64,000 bases of DNA. Origin: an uncultured virus (IMG/VR IMGVR_UViG_3300008108_000202). Its lineage: Duplodnaviria; Heunggongvirae; Uroviricota; Caudoviricetes. How positions within the stretch are numbered: position 1 is the first letter of the stretch; every line of letters starts with the position of its first letter. The position numbers and the translations under genes are program-made. The stretch lies in the IMG/VR virus record IMGVR_UViG_3300008108_000202. The stretch is one strand, 5' to 3'. This document shows positions 48,012-57,741 of this stretch, piece by piece. Under the pieces are notes generated by a model. The model was not told the DNA's origin, ran no database searches, and worked only from the letters and a program-made list of their open reading frames with translations.

Positions 48012-48910
48012 CACCAATCTACTCCAGTCCCAAAGGTGCCTTCAAACCATGTTTCACCTTCAAACAATACTATTTTTTTATCCCAATCATCTTGTAATCG
48101 GTATCTTATTTCTGACAATAAATAATCAAAATTCCATCTATTAGTATTTGTATGTATGTCAGCCCACACTTGGATCCTATGTCCTTTAACAATATTAGTT
48201 ATAGTTAATTTGTTAACCGCATTAACCTCATTAAGTTCTGACATTTCACCCAAACCCCAATCTTCAGATTCTTCCTTGATCTGTTCAAAATAATAGTTGA
48301 TCAATTCCTGTAAAAATTCTTCAGTATAGAAATCTACCCCATCCATTATTTTTTTGTAATTATCAACACCACCAACACTTCTAACCGCAATGCCAATTCC
48401 GTTTTTTTTTGTGATGTTTATAAGTTTACTTTGGAGTGCGGTTTCTTCTTTTAATACCGATTCATTTATTTCGTTAGATGATTTAAACACCTCAGCATCA
48501 ATCATTATTTTAGCCTGAGGATAATTTACAGGATGCCATGCAACATCTACTTTGAATGGGAAAAAATCATTCAAACTATCTTTTATTGTTCTTGCGAACC
48601 AAGAATCAATATTTGACGCAGTACTATCCGTATCAAAATAGATTTGGATTAATTTACGACCGGATCTGTTTTTAACCTCAATGAAACTAACTCTAATTTC
48701 ATCTATATAATTAAAATAATAAATGAAGTCCTTAACTAATGATGCCTGAACCTCAATATCATCTAAATCAATATTTAATATCTTAACCAAGTTATTAAAC
48801 CCCCCAACAGCTCTTGATGCGTTGACAATACCATGTAGTTTGATTAGTAGTTCTAACCTTTCCTGTGTTTTTGTTTCTTCCTTTAAAATATGTTTAATTA
48901 GATCTTTCAT
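48011..48910 (-). CDS. Tandem fusion of two leader + GG-helix modules
   Basis: ILKEE..VGGFNN and internal VLKEE..VGGVDN. Confidence 0.8.
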   Translation of the reverse strand: MKDLIKHILKEETKTQERLELLIKLHGIVNASRAVGGFNNLVKILNIDLDDIEVQASLVKDFIYYFNYIDEIRVSFIEVKNRSGRKLIQIYFDTDSTASNIDSWFARTIKDSLNDFFPFKVDVAWHPVNYPQAKIMIDAEVFKSSNEINESVLKEETALQSKLINITKKNGIGIAVRSVGGVDNYKKIMDGVDFYTEEFLQELINYYFEQIKEESEDWGLGEMSELNEVNAVNKLTITNIVKGHRIQVWADIHTNTNRWNFDYLLSEIRYRLQDDWDKKIVLFEGETWFEGTFGTGVDW

Positions 48911-48918
48911 TTGTATAT

Positions 48919-49539
48919 TTAATAAAAATGGATGTTGGCACCTTCAACCCTTCTTGTTACAGGTTTATCAGGAAATTCGGTCTCAAAAAATTCTTTTAAC
49001 GCCTCTTTAAATAAAGAGTCCCTAAACATCGGGTATCCACCAATAAAATCATGAACTCTATCTCTTAATTTATGATCATACCATAGTTTTTCTTTTTCAT
49101 ATATAACAAGACCTTTATATTGATTATCATATAAAACATAACCATCGTTTATATAACCACCGTATGAAACTAAAATCTTATCAATCAATTTTATTATAGT
49201 ATTTTTAACTCTGTTAATTTTTTCATCATCCCATTCATCCCAATAACGATCAGACATAGATACTTCATCCAACCGATCCATTTTTGTGTAGTTTTCACGG
49301 TAAAATTGTTTGATCCTATCTTTTCTAAACCTTAAAAATTCTTCAATTATTAAATCGTCAAGTTCTAATATACTTTTATATTCTGGTAATACATTTGCGT
49401 ATTTTAACTCAATTATTTCATTATAAATACCAAGTAAAAAATGTTCAGGAGTGCGATAATCTGATATGTACATATTGTCCATAACACTATTTAATATCTT
49501 ATCCAGAATATGTATTCTTCTTTTAATTGACGGATCCAT
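48919..49539 (-). CDS. RR-family two-domain protein
   Basis: MDPSIKRR. Confidence 0.75.
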   Translation of the reverse strand: MDPSIKRRIHILDKILNSVMDNMYISDYRTPEHFLLGIYNEIIELKYANVLPEYKSILELDDLIIEEFLRFRKDRIKQFYRENYTKMDRLDEVSMSDRYWDEWDDEKINRVKNTIIKLIDKILVSYGGYINDGYVLYDNQYKGLVIYEKEKLWYDHKLRDRVHDFIGGYPMFRDSLFKEALKEFFETEFPDKPVTRRVEGANIHFY

Positions 49540-49599
49540 TACATATAAATACTAATACAAACAAAAAATCCCCAAGAATAGTCTTGAGGATAATAAGAA

Positions 49600-49713
49600 T
49601 TAATAACTCTTATTTTTGTGCTTAACTTTCCTATTATACACTTTTTTGCTTTTGTGTACTGAAGGTCTTGTTGCTGCCCATATCTCTTGCTGTGTTATTT
49701 GAATCGTTTTCAT
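49600..49713 (-). CDS. Small basic protein, ArfA/BrfA-like (37 aa)
   Basis: MKTIQITQQEIWAATRPSVHKSKKVYNRKVKHKNKSY. Confidence 0.55.
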   Translation of the reverse strand: MKTIQITQQEIWAATRPSVHKSKKVYNRKVKHKNKSY

Positions 49714-49721
49714 AAGTATTA

Positions 49722-50147
49722 TTAAATATCCGTATACAAAGGTAAGGAATTTTTATAAAAATTACTAATACTAACCAAAGAAATTTCATCAATCCCTTGA
49801 AATTTTAATCCAAAGATGTCAATTATCATTTTTTCTATTGATGGTACTATCGTAACATTCCAAAAGATTCCTTTGGTAAGATAACTTTCATAATGTATGA
49901 CCATTATTGTTCTTTCTTGAACATTACTATAAAAGTTTTGACTAAAATCAGAAAAGTTATCTGGAGATTTGACAAAACTTTTTTTTACTATTTCTATGTT
50001 TCGTATCCCAATAATTTCACCATCACTGATTTTTCTTAAAAATTTTGTAATCAACGTTAGTTTTCTATAACTAACATGATTATAAATATTTTTGTAAGGA
50101 TCAGGAACTTTTATACTTGTATGTAATGAAGTATTAAAACATGACAT
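49722..50147 (-). CDS. Hypothetical protein
   Basis: 141-aa ORF. Confidence 0.6.
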   Translation of the reverse strand: MSCFNTSLHTSIKVPDPYKNIYNHVSYRKLTLITKFLRKISDGEIIGIRNIEIVKKSFVKSPDNFSDFSQNFYSNVQERTIMVIHYESYLTKGIFWNVTIVPSIEKMIIDIFGLKFQGIDEISLVSISNFYKNSLPLYTDI

Positions 50148-50294
50148 AGTTATATTATTTTAACCATCGCCTGATAAAAAGAACTCCCATCAACACATAA
50201 ACCTCCTTGAGGTATCCAATCCTCTTTTATTAGTTCGTTTACTTTTTCAACCAACTCCATTGGATCTTTACAAGAAATAATTCTATATTCCATA

Positions 50295-50522
50295 TTATTT
50301 AATAAAAGATTGTCGTTTTAACTTTAACTTATTCTCAAGTGGATAAACAACATCATAGAGGTGACTATTCCAGTATTTATCGGGGTTGTTAATCAATAAT
50401 TGTTTATCAAAATTTCGGATCAATTTATATACGGTAAATGTCTGTTGATATGTCTCACAAGAATCAATTACCTTTTCAATCCATTTTCCAATATCACCCC
50501 AGTGATTACTTCTTTTTTCCAT
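50295..50522 (-). CDS. Hypothetical protein
   Basis: WIEKVIDSCET. Confidence 0.7.
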   Translation of the reverse strand: MEKRSNHWGDIGKWIEKVIDSCETYQQTFTVYKLIRNFDKQLLINNPDKYWNSHLYDVVYPLENKLKLKRQSFIK

Positions 50523-50523
50523 T

Positions 50524-50778
50524 TTATTTTTTTACTAAGTTAGACAAAAAATCGTGAGATTTATACATTTTAACATAAAAATTTGACGATCTACCTCTAT
50601 TGTGTTGACCATCAATATATCCTTTTTCATATGCATTGTTTACCATGTCTCTTTCTTCAGATTCAAGAGACTTAACTTTTTCTTTAATTTCATCAAGGAT
50701 CTTAATTATATCAAGATTAGATTCCTCAATCTTTCTACTATCAATCCATTTAGCCAACTTTTGTCTATAGGTTTTCAT
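50524..50778 (-). CDS. Hypothetical protein
   Basis: 84-aa ORF. Confidence 0.7.
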   Translation of the reverse strand: MKTYRQKLAKWIDSRKIEESNLDIIKILDEIKEKVKSLESEERDMVNNAYEKGYIDGQHNRGRSSNFYVKMYKSHDFLSNLVKK

Positions 50779-50960
50779 TTTTTCTCTAGTCTCTTTTTTT
50801 CTTGATTTACATATGATTCAGCACCTTTCTTTGTACTCCAATGAGATACCAAACCTAATACGTTTCTAACATATTTCCAAGTTGAGAAAATATTTTTCTT
50901 ATACAATACGAAATATATTGTTTTGGTTGGTTCTCGGTATTCTTCAACTTTAAACTTCAT
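50775..50960 (-). CDS. Hypothetical protein
   Basis: 61-aa ORF overlapping next start. Confidence 0.65.
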   Translation of the reverse strand: MKFKVEEYREPTKTIYFVLYKKNIFSTWKYVRNVLGLVSHWSTKKGAESYVNQEKKRLEKK

Positions 50961-51190
50961 CTACATAATATATAGATAAAATATTAAATTGTCAAATTAT
51001 TTTTTATTGTCAAAATACAGGTACGACAAATAAGTAAAGATTACAACTTGGATTAATCTTACCATTGTTTTTGAATCAAACGGATTTAATGATCCAAGAA
51101 TGTATCCAAAAACTAAATAAACTCCGATCGCAATAAGTAATAAATTTTTAATATCATTTTTTTCCATGAAACAAATATAGTAAAAAAAAA

Positions 51191-52489
51191 TTACTTTTTA
51201 TATTCTATGAAAATATCCATTGGGTAAAATCCTGTTTTTGCATATATTTCATCAACAAAAACTGTTCTTAAAATATCAGGTAAATTATATAATAGATCTC
51301 CTCTATCTCCATCTTCACTTACTTCGTATACATTTCTCCATTTACCTTCATCATCAATAACTAATCCACTTACCATCACATAAATACTAATATCCGCAGG
51401 GTGTTCAACAGGATTATCAAATTTGAAATCTGTAACTTTATATTTTATTCTAAAATAATTGGTGTTGTATTCTCCATCGGTTAAGTATTTATTGATCGTA
51501 TCTATTGATTTTTTCTCATCAAGTATCCCATCCTCACTTAAAAACCCTTTCCAAAAAAGATATACATTGTTTAAATTATCTATTCTTGTAAAGTTAGAAT
51601 TACCTAGACCTAACGCCGATATTGTTTTACTTAAAAAATTCTCCCCATTTAATAATTGTGGATTTTTTTCCCAAAAATCAAATACCATTTTTTCAACCCT
51701 TTTGTTACCAGACATTAACATATCATATAAATGGTTCTCATTTATGGTTTTCTTTTTTTTCCTACCTTGACAATGAGCTCTTTGTGAAAATCCTTTTGGG
51801 TTATTACAATCAATACTTCTTTTATATTTTTCTGACCATTTTTCTGTTACTTCTTTCTTGTCAGATATTTTTCTAACACTAACGATCTTAACACCTTCAC
51901 CTTTATTCTTAAGTGTTATTTCATTTTCGTGAGGATATAATAAATTATTATGAATTGTTTGATCAACATCAATAAGATCTTTTGAAGCCGATACCGTTAT
52001 CATAAATGAATTATCCCCAACCCCATCGGCAAAGGAATGACTTGATAATAGATCCTTTTTGTTTTTAGCGTAGTGAGATCCAGGTTTTTTGGTATCAATA
52101 TCTTTTCTATCGTCAGCTCTAATTATTCTAAATAATTTAATTTCGGATGGTAGATTTTTTATTGATTGTATAATTGATTGAATTTCTTCTTTTATTTCTT
52201 CCTCAGAATAACCCATATGTTTTTTACCCTGATCTATTAAACTTTTTAATTCTTTTTTTGAAAGTTTGGGTATGTCTTTTTTTGCTTCATTAATATCTGA
52301 TTTATAATTTTCCCAAAACTTTTTAAGTTCATCAAAATCATATTCCATTAATTTTTGATCCCACCCACAAGAATGACATAGATATGGGTGATCATCATCA
52401 TTTTCCTTTACCCAAGAATGACCGCACTTACATTTGATTTTTTCACCAAATATTCGTTTTTCTTGTTTTTCAGTTATGATAATTTTCAT
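51191..52489 (-). CDS. Multi-module leader protein with Zn-ribbon and possible ADP-ribosyltransferase-like domain
   Basis: CKCGH..CHSCG; LFR..GSHY..ENEI; modules joined at INE/VTE sites. Confidence 0.7.
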   Translation of the reverse strand: MKIIITEKQEKRIFGEKIKCKCGHSWVKENDDDHPYLCHSCGWDQKLMEYDFDELKKFWENYKSDINEAKKDIPKLSKKELKSLIDQGKKHMGYSEEEIKEEIQSIIQSIKNLPSEIKLFRIIRADDRKDIDTKKPGSHYAKNKKDLLSSHSFADGVGDNSFMITVSASKDLIDVDQTIHNNLLYPHENEITLKNKGEGVKIVSVRKISDKKEVTEKWSEKYKRSIDCNNPKGFSQRAHCQGRKKKKTINENHLYDMLMSGNKRVEKMVFDFWEKNPQLLNGENFLSKTISALGLGNSNFTRIDNLNNVYLFWKGFLSEDGILDEKKSIDTINKYLTDGEYNTNYFRIKYKVTDFKFDNPVEHPADISIYVMVSGLVIDDEGKWRNVYEVSEDGDRGDLLYNLPDILRTVFVDEIYAKTGFYPMDIFIEYKK

Positions 52490-53340
52490 ATTAATTTATC
52501 TTTTGGAACCCAAGGTTTTAAATTATCAGATTTTGATACGATGTCTTCCTTCGGTAGAAACATAACATCTCTTTGTCTTACCCCAGGTTTAAGATTTCTT
52601 GCTTTAACCTCTAAAACTTTATCTCCATTTATAAAGATCCAATAATGATGATGTGGATACACAGGTGTTCTACCATTAACACCAAATATAACCGCATTTC
52701 CATCACTTGATATTGCATAGTATTTAAATGGTTTTACTTGATAATTTATTTTTTTACCATTTTTTGTTGTTGCAACAATGTCAACACCACTTTTATCTAA
52801 TGATCCTCCAACCTCGGCAACAACCTCAACAGAATCAAAGACATCAGAATGTTTTTTAATAATATAATCTTTGGCAACTAATTCATTTTCATCACCAGCA
52901 CTTTTACTTTTGTTTAATACTCTATATATTTCATTAGATATTTCATTACCATTAACGAATATGTCTTCAAATTCTCTATCCAAACCATCACCAATTATTT
53001 TAACAGCCTCTTCTCTAGTGGCATTATCCGGAACATTAAAATAATTCGCCAATATCATTGCAACAACATAATGAGTGTTTATATACGCCAATGGGCTATG
53101 CTCGTTTCTACCGATAAAGAAATAATGTCCTGATCTATTTTCAACACCTATTTTTTTCAATGAATCAGAATGTCTTAATAATACATCTTCAATCATTTTT
53201 CTATATAAACCTTTTGATGGATCCTTGGCAGATGGTTTTTCATTTGTTCTAAGAACTTGTTTTACTTTACTAATAGTCCAAGCCTCATTTAAAAGGTTAG
53301 TTAATAAAAGTGATTGAGTTTCGGTTATAATTATCCTCAT
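52486..53340 (-). CDS. Leader protein with PD-(D/E)xK-like nuclease domain
   Basis: GDENE...LDKSGVDIVA...YQVK. Confidence 0.65.
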   Translation of the reverse strand: MRIIITETQSLLLTNLLNEAWTISKVKQVLRTNEKPSAKDPSKGLYRKMIEDVLLRHSDSLKKIGVENRSGHYFFIGRNEHSPLAYINTHYVVAMILANYFNVPDNATREEAVKIIGDGLDREFEDIFVNGNEISNEIYRVLNKSKSAGDENELVAKDYIIKKHSDVFDSVEVVAEVGGSLDKSGVDIVATTKNGKKINYQVKPFKYYAISSDGNAVIFGVNGRTPVYPHHHYWIFINGDKVLEVKARNLKPGVRQRDVMFLPKEDIVSKSDNLKPWVPKDKLI

Positions 53341-53354
53341 AATATATAAATACC

Positions 53355-54029
53355 TTAGTTTTCTTCTTTTGGATCAATGTAAAAAGTTTTACCTTCAATA
53401 TATTCTTCAGTAACCCATAAATGATTAACTTCTATTTCTTTTTTATTTATTATTATTTCACCGCTTGATCCTTCATTGATTTCCCATCCAGGAAATTTAA
53501 CACTTAATATAGTGTAACACATTTGTTCAATTTCCTTACTAACTTTTACTTCCCCAATGTTAGATTCACCCATATCCCTTAAATAACCATCATCACCACC
53601 ACCATCATAACCAATTATTACGTATTTTGGTTTACCTATTTCCTTAAAGTACGTTTTAATCTCTTCCATCCATCCTGGTTTTTCTTCTTTAAGATCATAA
53701 TACGCACCTGAACTACTTTCGCCATAATATTGCACATCTGTTTCAATTTTGAAGATCTCTTCTTCAGTATCAATATTAAAATACACTCTTACATATCCAG
53801 TTGGACTACCCACATCAATATATTGATTTGTTATTTTTGATGCCATGTTATCAATCAATGATTCCACATATTGATCTAATGGAGATAAAAGAGGTATATG
53901 TCCACCAGGTATATCAATTCTATTATCAATATAATCCATAGTACCATCCATTACCGCCCCTTCAATCATACCTTTAGTTGCTCCCGATCTTTTCAACAAT
54001 GAAAATAATAATTTTGCATTCCTATCCAT
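53355..54029 (-). CDS. DUF6878-like protein
   Basis: YDGGGDDG...GWEINEGSSG. Confidence 0.7.
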   Translation of the reverse strand: MDRNAKLLFSLLKRSGATKGMIEGAVMDGTMDYIDNRIDIPGGHIPLLSPLDQYVESLIDNMASKITNQYIDVGSPTGYVRVYFNIDTEEEIFKIETDVQYYGESSSGAYYDLKEEKPGWMEEIKTYFKEIGKPKYVIIGYDGGGDDGYLRDMGESNIGEVKVSKEIEQMCYTILSVKFPGWEINEGSSGEIIINKKEIEVNHLWVTEEYIEGKTFYIDPKEEN

Positions 54030-54049
54030 AATGTTTTTAATAATAAATA

Positions 54050-54403
54050 TCAGTCATTAAATTCCAGTTTCATTGTTTTTATCATCCACAATGGTTTCTC
54101 GTGTTTTTTCATCGCATCCAACCATTCTTTTGCCGATGGTATATAATTATTACAATCTTCTTTTACGTGACTCTCTAAACAATACCTAGTGTATACTATT
54201 TTATCTTCACTATTTTTGAAGTGTGTTCCAAATATTTTTTCACCCATAAAAATACCTTCTGAATGATGTAAAAATATTCTATGGTCAGAATGTCCAACCC
54301 ACCCCTTCGTTTGATCCATCCATTCGTGTAGATGAATATAATCTTCCCATTTTCCTCCGAATTGTCTTGCGTTTGATTTTGAATGGATTATTGGATGCGC
54401 CAT
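54050..54403 (-). CDS. DUF6915-like protein
   Basis: MAHPIIHSKS..FGG...H.WMD.TK...HR..HHSEGI...HVKED. Confidence 0.75.
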   Translation of the reverse strand: MAHPIIHSKSNARQFGGKWEDYIHLHEWMDQTKGWVGHSDHRIFLHHSEGIFMGEKIFGTHFKNSEDKIVYTRYCLESHVKEDCNNYIPSAKEWLDAMKKHEKPLWMIKTMKLEFND

Positions 54404-54464
54404 ATAAATAATTTTTTATAATTATACAAATAACCAAAAGATTACTAAAGACATATTTATATGT

Positions 54465-55427
54465 ATGATGAATTCATACTTTAAATTATTAAAAGAAAAC
54501 TCCGAGGAAAGTATCTTCAGTAAAATGGAGATCAAGTTATTTAAATTTATTAATAGATTTAAAAAAGAGTTGGGTGATAGATCAACAATGATAAGATTTA
54601 TTGAAAACTCGTTGTCAACATTTGGGATACCGAAGAATGAAGCGAATAAGTATTATGAACTTTATACATTAAACTATAGACCAGATGGTGATTATGAAAA
54701 TGTTACCAAATCAAACTTTAAAGATCCAAAAATATATTCAAAACAAAAAAGAACAACAAACGCAGGTGCCAGAGAATTTACATCAAATAAATTACCATTT
54801 GCCGGATCAAACTTAAGTGGTGAATGGACAAATACCCGTGATAATGAATGGGCATATATTGTTAAATCTTATGGATGGTATCCAATATATGTCTTTAAAT
54901 ACAACAAATGGTTTGAAGTGGATAACACATATTCATCCTCAACTTCAAAACAGATGAGACAATCGTATCCTGTGAAATACAATTCAGACCTAAAGGATAT
55001 GGCAATTATTGTAAACAATAACGAGATTAATCAAGTTATTAATGGTCATTTAAAACCTGAAGATCTACTATCAACAAGAGCAAATTCCTTTATTGAGTCA
55101 ATGAAGACAAAACAAAAGAAGAAAGAATTAACTACGTTTACTCATGGATGGGGAGATAAAAAAGTCAGAGTTAGATATCTTATTTCAAGTGTAAGAAAAT
55201 CAGGATCAATGTATAAGATAACGGTAGACGTTATGAACGTTGATAAGTTTATTGGAAATAAGTTAGATAGGGAAGCTGGTGATTTCTTTAATGATGAAAT
55301 GGAAAACATTGATAGAGATCTAATCAAGAAATACATTCAATACCATTTCGCCGATAAATATGGTTCACAATTCAAAGGTTTAAGTGGTGATATTTACACC
55401 ATTAATGTAATTTTCAAGGGGAAATAA
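54465..55427 (+). CDS. Hypothetical protein
   Basis: 320 aa; SYGWYPIY...YSSSTSKQ. Confidence 0.78.
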   Translation: MMNSYFKLLKENSEESIFSKMEIKLFKFINRFKKELGDRSTMIRFIENSLSTFGIPKNEANKYYELYTLNYRPDGDYENVTKSNFKDPKIYSKQKRTTNAGAREFTSNKLPFAGSNLSGEWTNTRDNEWAYIVKSYGWYPIYVFKYNKWFEVDNTYSSSTSKQMRQSYPVKYNSDLKDMAIIVNNNEINQVINGHLKPEDLLSTRANSFIESMKTKQKKKELTTFTHGWGDKKVRVRYLISSVRKSGSMYKITVDVMNVDKFIGNKLDREAGDFFNDEMENIDRDLIKKYIQYHFADKYGSQFKGLSGDIYTINVIFKGK

Positions 55428-55473
55428 AAAAGTCGGACATAATCCGACTTTCCAATAAACACACCAAAGAATT

Positions 55474-55698
55474 TTAATTCAAAAGTAGTTTTGCCATTTC
55501 AACGGCAATATCCTTTGTTTTAAAACCTTTCTCAACCATTTTCTTAGCGTGAAAGATATTGTATTCAGTTGATCCAACCTCTGTTTCTGTAGATCCAGGT
55601 CTACGATTTTTCTTAGGTCTCATGTTATCCTTAGCGTAGATGTCGTAGAATCCAACTTTACAAATGTAACGACCTTTTTTTCCTGATTTTGTTGCCAT
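55474..55698 (-). CDS. Basic hypothetical protein
   Basis: 74-aa ORF. Confidence 0.7.
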   Translation of the reverse strand: MATKSGKKGRYICKVGFYDIYAKDNMRPKKNRRPGSTETEVGSTEYNIFHAKKMVEKGFKTKDIAVEMAKLLLN

Positions 55699-55742
55699 GT
55701 TTTTATTTTTTTTTAAGTTAAACGATAAACAAATTTAGTTAT

Positions 55743-56108
55743 TTATTTTTTATTTTCCAAAATAAAATTCAAAAATTTTCTAATTGTTTTTTTTATTTTT
55801 TGTGCCTCTAGTGATAATTTATTTGTTGGTTGGTCGTATATGTCAAATCCAATCATATCTGCTTCCCACAGAAGTTCTATTATTTTCCTTTCCATAATTT
55901 TTTTATTCACAAAAGAATGAAACCCATGTTCTGGAAATCCATCAAAACGATATTCAATTACTTTTATGGGATTATCATCAAATCCAAGTATTCTTTCAAT
56001 TACCGTTATCCTCCTGATTAGGAAATTAAATATTTTGGGATCAATCTCTTCATGTTGTGAGGAGATCTGATCTTTTTCATTTTCACTAATGTTTAGTTTC
56101 ATATTCAT
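55743..56108 (-). CDS. ISE..K..I..QH leader + RR family protein
   Basis: FNFLIRR. Confidence 0.72.
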   Translation of the reverse strand: MNMKLNISENEKDQISSQHEEIDPKIFNFLIRRITVIERILGFDDNPIKVIEYRFDGFPEHGFHSFVNKKIMERKIIELLWEADMIGFDIYDQPTNKLSLEAQKIKKTIRKFLNFILENKK

Positions 56109-56122
56109 TTTAATAATAAATA

Positions 56123-56827
56123 TTAAATGAATTCAATTTCATTGGTAACAGGATCCCACTCAACATTTAATGGTCGGTTTTTAAAGATATATCTTCCATC
56201 CAAAACTGAAGCATTAATATAATGTGTATTACCATCAAAGATATATCCATGACTTTCATGAATGTGTCCAAAAACCACAATCTTTGGTTTAATCTCCTCA
56301 ATTCTTTTCATAAGATCTTCACATCCAACACTCATACCACCAAAACCAATGGTATCCAATTTTCCGAATGGAGGACCATGCACAATTAGAATATCAGTAT
56401 TCAATGGAATCATATCCCACTTTTCTTTCAATTTCTCACCACGAGGAACATTGAATGCCCAATTATAGAATTCAGGTTGCCAAGGAGTTCCCCATATTTT
56501 AATCATATCAATATAATCAACTTCACCCTCACCAAGCATGATCAGATCATCCTGAAGATATTCAATGGTTTTGTATCCAGTAAGTAATCCTCTTACCTTA
56601 TCACTTTCATCCTGAAAACCCCAATCGTGATTTCCCGCAATAAACAATTTATGATCGTAGTTATCAATCTTATCATACCAATCAAAGAAATGAGTTAGTT
56701 CATTTATATACCCACGACCTGTCATATCTCCAGCATGGATTAGAATATCTCCACCCGGAAGAAATCTATCCAAAACATTGTGTTTGTTATGAGTATCAGA
56801 TATAAATGTAAGTCTCCACTTTTTCAT
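56123..56827 (-). CDS. Calcineurin-like metallophosphoesterase (MPPED/239FB-like)
   Basis: SDTH, HAGD, AGNHD, HGPP, FGHIHE. Confidence 0.92.
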   Translation of the reverse strand: MKKWRLTFISDTHNKHNVLDRFLPGGDILIHAGDMTGRGYINELTHFFDWYDKIDNYDHKLFIAGNHDWGFQDESDKVRGLLTGYKTIEYLQDDLIMLGEGEVDYIDMIKIWGTPWQPEFYNWAFNVPRGEKLKEKWDMIPLNTDILIVHGPPFGKLDTIGFGGMSVGCEDLMKRIEEIKPKIVVFGHIHESHGYIFDGNTHYINASVLDGRYIFKNRPLNVEWDPVTNEIEFI

Positions 56828-56854
56828 ATTACAAATATAATAATAATTTTTGTT

Positions 56855-57741
56855 CTAATCTATTTTTTTTCCTTTTTTAATTGCATTATCAATGTCATCA
56901 GGAAAACGACTTTTTAAAAAAGATATTGATTTAACTCCATTTTGAATTGTTTCTTCAACACCTAATTTGGATTCTCCGCTAGTGTATGTGCGTTTCACAC
57001 TATTTTGAATGGTATTTTCAATTCTCCCACATAAAACACCACCAGATGATCGGGCGGTAATCACCCCATTTTGAATGGCATTCTTAACTTTTCCCAAATG
57101 GCTTGCAGAACATACATGGTGGATCTTACCCCATTTTGTATGGTATCTTCAATTCTCCCACATGAAACACCACCAGATGATCGGGAGATAATTATCCCAT
57201 TTTGAATTATGTCTTCTACTGGATCATTTTCAAAAGGAAAAACCTCTTCGGTGTTTTTCACCCCATTTTGAATGGCATTCTTAACTTTCCCCAAATGGCT
57301 TGCAGAATCATACATGGTGGATCTTACCCCATTTTGTATGGTATTCTCAACAACATCAGGTCTCGATTCATTGCCATTTTTGGTGGATCTTACCCCATTT
57401 TGTATGGTATTCTCAACTATACCGGCGTATGCCTCAGTCGTTGCTACGGTGGCTCTTACCCCATTTTGTATGGTATTCTCAACCTCATTAATTCCAAGGA
57501 ATCTTGATTCAAACCATTTCTTTATAAGATCATTTTTATTATCTTTTATCCCCAACCAAGTAAAAATCTTTTCAAAGAAAAGATAGTTATACCAAAGATT
57601 TCCACTACTACTAATGAATTCAATTACCCATTTTTTATCATCAGTAAAAATCAACCAAAAACTTTTGTCTTTAGTGTATAAATCAACACCACAAATTTGT
57701 TTATCAATTGTTTTAAACAATAATTTTTCTAATCTACTCAT
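56855..57741 (-). pseudogene. 22-aa tandem-repeat protein with a 1-nt frameshift near 57110
   Basis: ENTIQNGV repeats at 66-bp period continue across both ORFs; one interval is 65 bp. Confidence 0.75.

Noticed and set aside
56870..57485. CRISPR array
   Set aside because: Repeats are in-frame, vary at codon level, are not palindromic, and no cas genes are in the window.
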